Position numbers and translations under genes: made by a program. From an uncultured Bacteroidales bacterium (GTDB lineage: Bacteria; Bacteroidota; Bacteroidia; Bacteroidales; GCA-2748055): a stretch of DNA of 64,000 nucleotides. The notes beneath the pieces were generated by a model, which was not told the origin of the DNA, searched no databases, and saw only the letters and a program-made list of their open reading frames with translations. Shown piece by piece: positions 58,679-64,000 of this stretch. The stretch lies in assembly GCA_963779845.1 (NCBI GenBank), contig CAVZZV010000005.1:764245-828244 (forward strand), given 5' to 3'. Position 1 is the stretch's first letter. Each line of letters opens with the position of its first letter.

Positions 58679-59197
58679 ATGTCATCGAAAGATATACCGG
58701 AAATTATACTTGAATACACAGGTCATCCAACATTCAGCACTATTGGAAACCTTTTGGTCGATTTGAAAAGCAAAATCGGAGAAAAGGGCATTGGCATGCC
58801 TGCCTATAAAAGGATCATTTCCATTATGATCGAGTCCCTTGAAAACATCTACAAATATGTTGGACGATATCAGGACTATCCTGACATATCCGAAAACTAT
58901 CCGCCAAAATTTTCCTTAAGCCGTTTAGCCGGTAATTATTTTATTGAGGCAGGAAACCCTATAAAATCTTCTGATGCCGGCAGGTTAAAAGAAAAGCTGG
59001 AAATGATGAATAGCCGGAACCATGAGGAGCTCCGGGCCCTCTACCTTCATACAATTTCGGATGGTCAGTTCACTCCTAAAGGGGGTGCCGGACTTGGACT
59101 TATCGAGATGGCCAAGATTGCGGCTGAACCATTGGAATATTTATTCGAGCCGATAGATGACAGATTTTATTGGTATTCTCTGAGAGTTGTATTATGA
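58679..59197 (+). CDS. small GHKL-ATPase-like protein (SiaB/DUF6272-like anti-sigma-type kinase fold)
   Basis: 172 aa. ...IMIESLENIYKY... and the G-box-like KGGAGLGLIEMAKIA. The family assignment is from memory of similar Bacteroidota proteins, not from a search. Confidence 0.45.
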   Translation: MSSKDIPEIILEYTGHPTFSTIGNLLVDLKSKIGEKGIGMPAYKRIISIMIESLENIYKYVGRYQDYPDISENYPPKFSLSRLAGNYFIEAGNPIKSSDAGRLKEKLEMMNSRNHEELRALYLHTISDGQFTPKGGAGLGLIEMAKIAAEPLEYLFEPIDDRFYWYSLRVVL

Positions 59198-59227
59198 TTG
59201 ATTTACCCAAAACTTAGCCTCGCGCGA

Positions 59228-59980
59228 TCAGCTTTCGTTCATCGATTCGATCGTTCTCTCTAAATCTTCTGGGGTATCAACCCCCAATGGCCCATAATCG
59301 GTAAATTCAATTTTTATCCTAAAACCATTTTCAAGCCAGCGCAGTTGTTCCAGGGATTCAGCCTTCTCCAGACCGGAGGGAGACAGTCCCGCCAATTTTT
59401 TCAATACTTCACTCCGGTAGGCATAGATCCCAATATGCCGGTAGAATGAAACCTTACTTAACCAGGTTTCCTTTTGGCTTCCCCTTACAAAAGGAATGGG
59501 AGAACGGCTGAAAAAAAGGGCAAACTTCCGCTGGTCAAATACTACCTTGGGTTTGTTCTCGTCAAAAATCTCATCGGGTTCATCTATTCTTTTGATCAAT
59601 GTGGCAATATCCGTTTCCGCGTCATCAAAACACGACTGTAGTAAACGGATCTGTTCTCCACTGATAAACGGTTCATCTCCCTGGACATTTATGACCACAT
59701 CCCAGTTGTCCTTTTCAATCTTTCTAATTTTGTCCAGGGCTTCCATGCACCGGTCCGTGCCGCTGCGATGGCTTTGGGATGTCATGACCACTTTACCCCC
59801 AAAAGCCTCCACAGCTTCCGAGATCCTTCTGTCGTCCGTTGCCACATAAATTGTAGATAATGCCTTCCCCGCCCCTTCATATACCCACTGGATCATAGGT
59901 TTATTTCCAATAACAGCTAAAGGCTTCCCGGGGAAACGGCTTGATCCAAAGCGGGCAGGGATTATTCCCAAATATTTCAT
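59228..59980 (-). CDS. kdsB: 3-deoxy-manno-octulosonate cytidylyltransferase
   Basis: 250 aa. MKYLGIIPARFGSSRFPGKPLA...NVQGDEPFI. Confidence 0.93.
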   Translation of the reverse strand: MKYLGIIPARFGSSRFPGKPLAVIGNKPMIQWVYEGAGKALSTIYVATDDRRISEAVEAFGGKVVMTSQSHRSGTDRCMEALDKIRKIEKDNWDVVINVQGDEPFISGEQIRLLQSCFDDAETDIATLIKRIDEPDEIFDENKPKVVFDQRKFALFFSRSPIPFVRGSQKETWLSKVSFYRHIGIYAYRSEVLKKLAGLSPSGLEKAESLEQLRWLENGFRIKIEFTDYGPLGVDTPEDLERTIESMNES

Positions 59981-60040
59981 GCTTCCTGATAATAACTAAG
60001 TTAATTATGTTCCAATATTAGCAAAAAACTTTTAAAGTAG

Positions 60041-60048
60041 TAATTTTG
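60041..60048 (+). promoter_or_regulatory. candidate -7 promoter element (TAATTTTG) upstream of the sigma-54 activator gene
   Basis: Exact TAnnTTTG match 50 nt upstream of the ATG at 60098. No clear -33 TTTG. Confidence 0.3.
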
Positions 60049-60097
60049 TCATATTATTAAGGTTATTTTGTCAGTACCTTTTATTCATGCAGTGATT

Positions 60098-61327
60098 ATG
60101 AATGTGCAACAAATAAAACAACGGTTTGGGATTATAGGTAATTATCCGGGAATAGACCATGCAATTGATATCGCAATCCAGGTTGCAAATACGGATCTTT
60201 CTGTGTTAATTACGGGAGAAAGCGGGACTGGCAAAGAGGCATTTCCACAAATCATACATCATTTAGGTTCCAGGAAACATGGAAATTATATTGCCGTAAA
60301 CTGTGGGGCCATTCCCGACGGGACCATCGATTCGGAACTATTCGGACACGAGAAAGGATCATTCACCGGGGCGCATGATGCCCGTAAAGGTTATTTTGAG
60401 GTGGCTGATGGGGGTACGATTTTCCTGGATGAAGTGGCTGAACTCCCTCTGGCAACCCAGGTCAGGCTTCTGAGGGTCCTGGAATCCGGCGAATTTCTTA
60501 GAGTGGGATCTTCTAAAGTACAAAAAACCAATGTCAGGGTTATCGCCGCCACCAATATTGATATCGTTGATGCTATTGCTCACAGCCGCTTTCGCGAAGA
60601 TTTGTATTACCGACTCAACACGGTACCCATCGCTATGCCCGCACTTAGAAAAAGAGGCGAAGATATCAGCCTTCTTTTCAGAAAGTTTGCTTCCGATTTC
60701 GCAGAGAAATATAATATGCCTCCGATTATTTTAACAGAAGAAGCCAAACACAGTCTTGAAATCTATGAATGGCCTGGCAATGTGCGACAGTTAAAAAATC
60801 TCACAGAGCAAATATCCATTATTGAACAGGAGCGGACTGTTTCTTCCGAGACCCTGACAAAATATCTTCCGGATTACCGACGTTCTAAATTACCGGCATT
60901 GATTTCTGGCGGGGTGGCAAAAGAAACATTTTCCTCTGAAAGGGAAATTTTGTACAAAATCCTGTTTGACATGAAGAATGATATGACCGACCTTAAAAAA
61001 CTAGTCCTGGACCTCATGCAAAAAGGCGGCGACAGCAGGGAAGTGCGCGAGGATAATGCCAGGATGATCAAAAAACTGATCCATACGGAGGAGCCGAAAC
61101 CGGATACTGAGCCTCAGAATTTTCATTTTGGCCGGCCTCATGAAGAGGACATTCTCGACACGGAAGAAATTTTAGAAGAATCTCTTTCTCTCGCAGACAA
61201 GGAAATTGAGCTGATTAAAAAGGCTTTGGATAAAAATCATGGAAAAAGAAAAAATGCGGCCATGGAACTGGGTATTTCAGAGAGGACGCTATACAGAAAA
61301 ATAAAAGAATATAAAATCGAAGCATAA
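60098..61327 (+). CDS. sigma-54-dependent transcriptional activator lacking an N-terminal sensory domain
   Basis: ORF 60068..61327. The ATG at 60098 gives MNVQQIKQRFGIIGN... Walker A GESGTGKE, sigma-54 contact loop EKGSFTGA, Walker B GGTIFLDEV, C-terminal Fis-type HTH (AAMELGISERTLYRKIKEY). Confidence 0.88.
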   Translation: MNVQQIKQRFGIIGNYPGIDHAIDIAIQVANTDLSVLITGESGTGKEAFPQIIHHLGSRKHGNYIAVNCGAIPDGTIDSELFGHEKGSFTGAHDARKGYFEVADGGTIFLDEVAELPLATQVRLLRVLESGEFLRVGSSKVQKTNVRVIAATNIDIVDAIAHSRFREDLYYRLNTVPIAMPALRKRGEDISLLFRKFASDFAEKYNMPPIILTEEAKHSLEIYEWPGNVRQLKNLTEQISIIEQERTVSSETLTKYLPDYRRSKLPALISGGVAKETFSSEREILYKILFDMKNDMTDLKKLVLDLMQKGGDSREVREDNARMIKKLIHTEEPKPDTEPQNFHFGRPHEEDILDTEEILEESLSLADKEIELIKKALDKNHGKRKNAAMELGISERTLYRKIKEYKIEA

Positions 61328-61382
61328 TTATATGCACTCTATTATACTTGAATATCAACCTTTTTCTCATTTTAGTAAACTG

Positions 61383-61904
61383 ATGAAAAAGAGTGTGTTT
61401 TTTAAAATGCAAATGCTGCTTATATTGCTAACTTTAGTATTTGCAGAATCCTGTAAGATCAATTACTCACTGACTGGGGTTAATATTGATCCGGCAATAA
61501 AGACCGTTTCTGTTCAATATTTTCCCAACCGTGCCCCGCTGGTCCAGGCCCAGTTGAGCCAATTGTTCACCGATGCCCTGAAAGATAAATTGCAGGCTCA
61601 AACCAGCCTGACCCTGATCAATGGAATTGGCGATGTGGATTTTTCCGGGGAAATCACCAACTACGAAACCCGACCTCAGGCCATTACGGGGAATGAAGTG
61701 GCTTCCCTGAACCGGTTAACGATCACCTTTCATGTCAAATTTGTCAATTCCTTCAATCCGGACGACAATTTTGACACCAGTTTCTCCCGATATGAAGATT
61801 ACCTCAGCACTCAGGATCTTGCATCGGTCGAAAACGAGCTCATAGAAACTATCATAGAGCAGGTCAATGAAGATATTTTTAACCGGGCATTCGTGAATTG
61901 GTAG
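61383..61904 (+). CDS. lptE: LptE-family LPS-assembly lipoprotein
   Basis: ORF 61332..61904. The ATG at 61383 gives MKKSVFFKMQMLLILLTLVFAESCK (lipobox). ...IKTVSVQYFPNRAPLVQAQLSQLFTDALKDKL...GEITNYETRPQAI...LNRLTITFHVKFVN matches the Bacteroidota LptE pattern. Confidence 0.65.
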   Translation: MKKSVFFKMQMLLILLTLVFAESCKINYSLTGVNIDPAIKTVSVQYFPNRAPLVQAQLSQLFTDALKDKLQAQTSLTLINGIGDVDFSGEITNYETRPQAITGNEVASLNRLTITFHVKFVNSFNPDDNFDTSFSRYEDYLSTQDLASVENELIETIIEQVNEDIFNRAFVNW

Positions 61905-61926
61905 CGCTGAATTAAATTATTATAAG

Positions 61927-62775
61927 ATGCATAAGGAAGAAATTATTAAAAAACTCATCTCTTCGGGTCCCAATACGATGGATGTTTCTGAATTGGAGTC
62001 CCTGATTGAAAAATACCCCTATTTCACCACAACCAGGCTTTTGCTTCTTTTGGCCCTTACCCGGGAGAAGAATAAACTTCCCATAGAAAAAATTAAGGAT
62101 TGCTCATCATTTATTCATGACCCGAAGCATTTATATACTTTGCTGAACACCTCCCTACCCGAGGAAATCTTTGGTAAATACAACCTTATAACCGATTCAC
62201 CGGAAAACCATGAAGAAATAAAATTGGCGAAAAATTCGGGTGAAAATACACTTAATCATGCTGACAAAGTAGCTGACAAGGATGAAGAGCTGTTTGATTT
62301 CACAGATCAGGAGACTGAAGAGGTCATACAGCATGATCAAGACTTTGAAGAGCAAATGCCGAATAGAGAAAGCGATGAACAGGACGGATTCGAGCTGGAA
62401 TCTAATCCCGTAAATAAGATACCAGAACTAACCCGTGTAAACAGGTTTACAGGATGGCTGGAAGAGCTTGATGAAGAAAATCAACTGGATTCCAAACCCT
62501 TAAATCCTTCTGATGATCTGATAGAACAGTTTATCAGTAACGGCCAGGGAGTGATCCGCGCCGATAAGGAAACCAGCCTTAAAGGTGATGTTTCGGGGAA
62601 TAGTATAAAGGAAGATGAAGATTTCATAACCGACACATTAGCACAAATATACGTTAAACAAGGCTTGTATGCCAAAGCTATTTTTGCCTATGAAAAATTA
62701 AGTTTGAAATATCCGGAAAAAAGTATTTACTTTGCGACTCAAATTGAGGATATTAAAAAAATTATTAATAAATAA
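61927..62775 (+). CDS. hypothetical acidic protein with a C-terminal TPR-like helix pair
   Basis: 282 aa. Strongly acidic middle region (DKDEELFDFTDQETEEVIQHDQDFEEQ). C-terminus LAQIYVKQGLYAKAIFAYEKLSLKYPEKSIYF. Confidence 0.55.
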   Translation: MHKEEIIKKLISSGPNTMDVSELESLIEKYPYFTTTRLLLLLALTREKNKLPIEKIKDCSSFIHDPKHLYTLLNTSLPEEIFGKYNLITDSPENHEEIKLAKNSGENTLNHADKVADKDEELFDFTDQETEEVIQHDQDFEEQMPNRESDEQDGFELESNPVNKIPELTRVNRFTGWLEELDEENQLDSKPLNPSDDLIEQFISNGQGVIRADKETSLKGDVSGNSIKEDEDFITDTLAQIYVKQGLYAKAIFAYEKLSLKYPEKSIYFATQIEDIKKIINK

Positions 62776-62788
62776 TAATACCGATATC

Positions 62789-63133
62789 ATGCAAGTCCTG
62801 TTAACAGTTTTAATTGTTGTTATCTGCATCCTTCTTACCTTGATTGTACTGGTTCAGAATTCAAAAGGCGGTGGCCTGGCTTCAAATTTCGCCGGGTCAA
62901 ACCAGTATATGGGAGTAAGGAAAACTACAGATTTCCTGGAAAAGGCCACCTGGATCCTGGCTTCAGGATTATTAGTGCTCAGTTTGCTTTCAACAATCAC
63001 TCTGCCGAAAACGCAGGAAGAACAACGTTCGCGTATCGAAGGGCAATTTGACAACTCCCTTCTGAACAATCCTTCCGGCAATACCATTACTTTACCGGAG
63101 CAGCCATCTACAGACGAACCGGAAAACAATTAA
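62789..63133 (+). CDS. secG: preprotein translocase subunit SecG
   Basis: ORF 62732..63133. The ATG at 62789 gives MQVLLTVLIVVICILLTLIVLVQNSKGGGLASNFAG... followed by a second TM ([15 protein letters not shown]). Confidence 0.85.
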   Translation: MQVLLTVLIVVICILLTLIVLVQNSKGGGLASNFAGSNQYMGVRKTTDFLEKATWILASGLLVLSLLSTITLPKTQEEQRSRIEGQFDNSLLNNPSGNTITLPEQPSTDEPENN

Positions 63134-63157
63134 TTTAAGCAAAATATAATTCGGATA

Positions 63158-63190
63158 GTGTCAGGTTGTCATGTACCTGACACTTTTTTT
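63158..63190 (+). terminator. rho-independent terminator downstream of secG
   Basis: GTGTCAGGT-tgtcatgt-ACCTGACAC (9-bp perfect stem) followed by TTTTTTT. Confidence 0.8.
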
Positions 63191-63279
63191 GTGCTTTACC
63201 CCGGCATACGGCTTTTGGCATACATTATGATACACGGGCATTTGATTAATTAATTGTCAAACGTAAAAAACTATAAAAA

Positions 63280-63558
63280 ATGGCAGAAGTAAACATTAAG
63301 CCGCTGGCAGACAGGGTTCTTATTGAACCAAAGGCAGCTGAAGAAAAAACAGCAAGTGGAATTATCATTCCCGAAACCGCAAAGGAAAAACCCCAAAAAG
63401 GTACTGTTATCGCTGTTGGGCCGGGCACTGAGGAAGAGAAAATGGAAGTGAAAAAAGGCGATATCGTTTTGTACGGGAAGTATTCCGGAACAGAACTCAG
63501 CATTGATGGAAAAGACTACCTTATCATGAAGCAATCGGAAATTCTTGCGATTGTCTAA
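63280..63558 (+). CDS. groES: co-chaperonin GroES
   Basis: 92 aa. [49 protein letters not shown]. Confidence 0.97.
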   Translation: MAEVNIKPLADRVLIEPKAAEEKTASGIIIPETAKEKPQKGTVIAVGPGTEEEKMEVKKGDIVLYGKYSGTELSIDGKDYLIMKQSEILAIV

Positions 63559-63585
63559 AAAGAAACATTCACATTAAATTATTAA

Positions 63586-64000
<415 letters not shown>

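Noticed and set aside
63216-63230. Sigma-54-like -24/-12 promoter TGGCATACATTATGA upstream of groES, interesting because a bEBP is encoded nearby.
   Set aside because: The -24 half (TGGCA) fits, but the -12 position reads ATGA instead of TTGC. A second look-alike at about 21283-21297 (GGGCATGATTTTGC) lies inside a coding region with no downstream gene on that strand.
63191-63279. CIRCE (HrcA) operator upstream of groES.
   Set aside because: There is no TTAGCACTC-N9-GAGTGCTAA-like inverted repeat in the groES leader.

Overview
This window looks like an ordinary chromosomal segment of a Bacteroidota (Bacteroidia-like) genome. The lineage call is an inference from three things. The gene families are typical of the phylum: FtsL_2-type FtsL, S46 peptidase, the glsA/glsB lipid pair, a barrel-less Plug protein, and Bacteroidota-type LptC/LptE. 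Most starts lack Shine-Dalgarno sequences. Several upstream regions carry TAnnTTTG (-7-like) motifs.

The core is a complete, tightly packed dcw cluster on the minus strand (26238-41540): mraZ-rsmH-ftsL-ftsI-murE-mraY-murD-ftsW-murG-murC-ftsQ-ftsA-ftsZ. It is followed by a yqeY-like gene and preceded by a phased GTGGG repeat array that looks like an MraZ operator.

Flanking genes are mostly housekeeping:
- lysC, fbp, mfd, and a coaX-OMP-TPR-lptC-CNNM envelope block
- a PpiD-like PPIase, purF, miaB, yebC, rnhA, kdsB
- a sigma-54 activator followed by lptE, then secG and groES/groEL (groEL is cut by the window end)

Less ordinary items:
- Three genes are each interrupted by a single extra nucleotide: a NIPSNAP lipoprotein, a HEAT + 2xDUF1080 protein, and a BaiN/HI0933-type flavoprotein.
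- A three-module AraC regulator (DUF4242-like + degenerate cyclase-like + HTH).
- A MazF-type toxin remnant.
- A polytopic membrane protein translationally coupled to a soluble histidine kinase that carries a 5-Cys motif.
- A 7 x 7-nt tandem repeat between convergent genes.
- An HMA-like AraC/cupin pair with repeat-bearing promoter DNA.

I recognised no rRNA, tRNA, CRISPR array, transposase, integrase, prophage or defence genes. I do not see a convincing novel multi-gene system here, and all findings are scored modestly for that reason.
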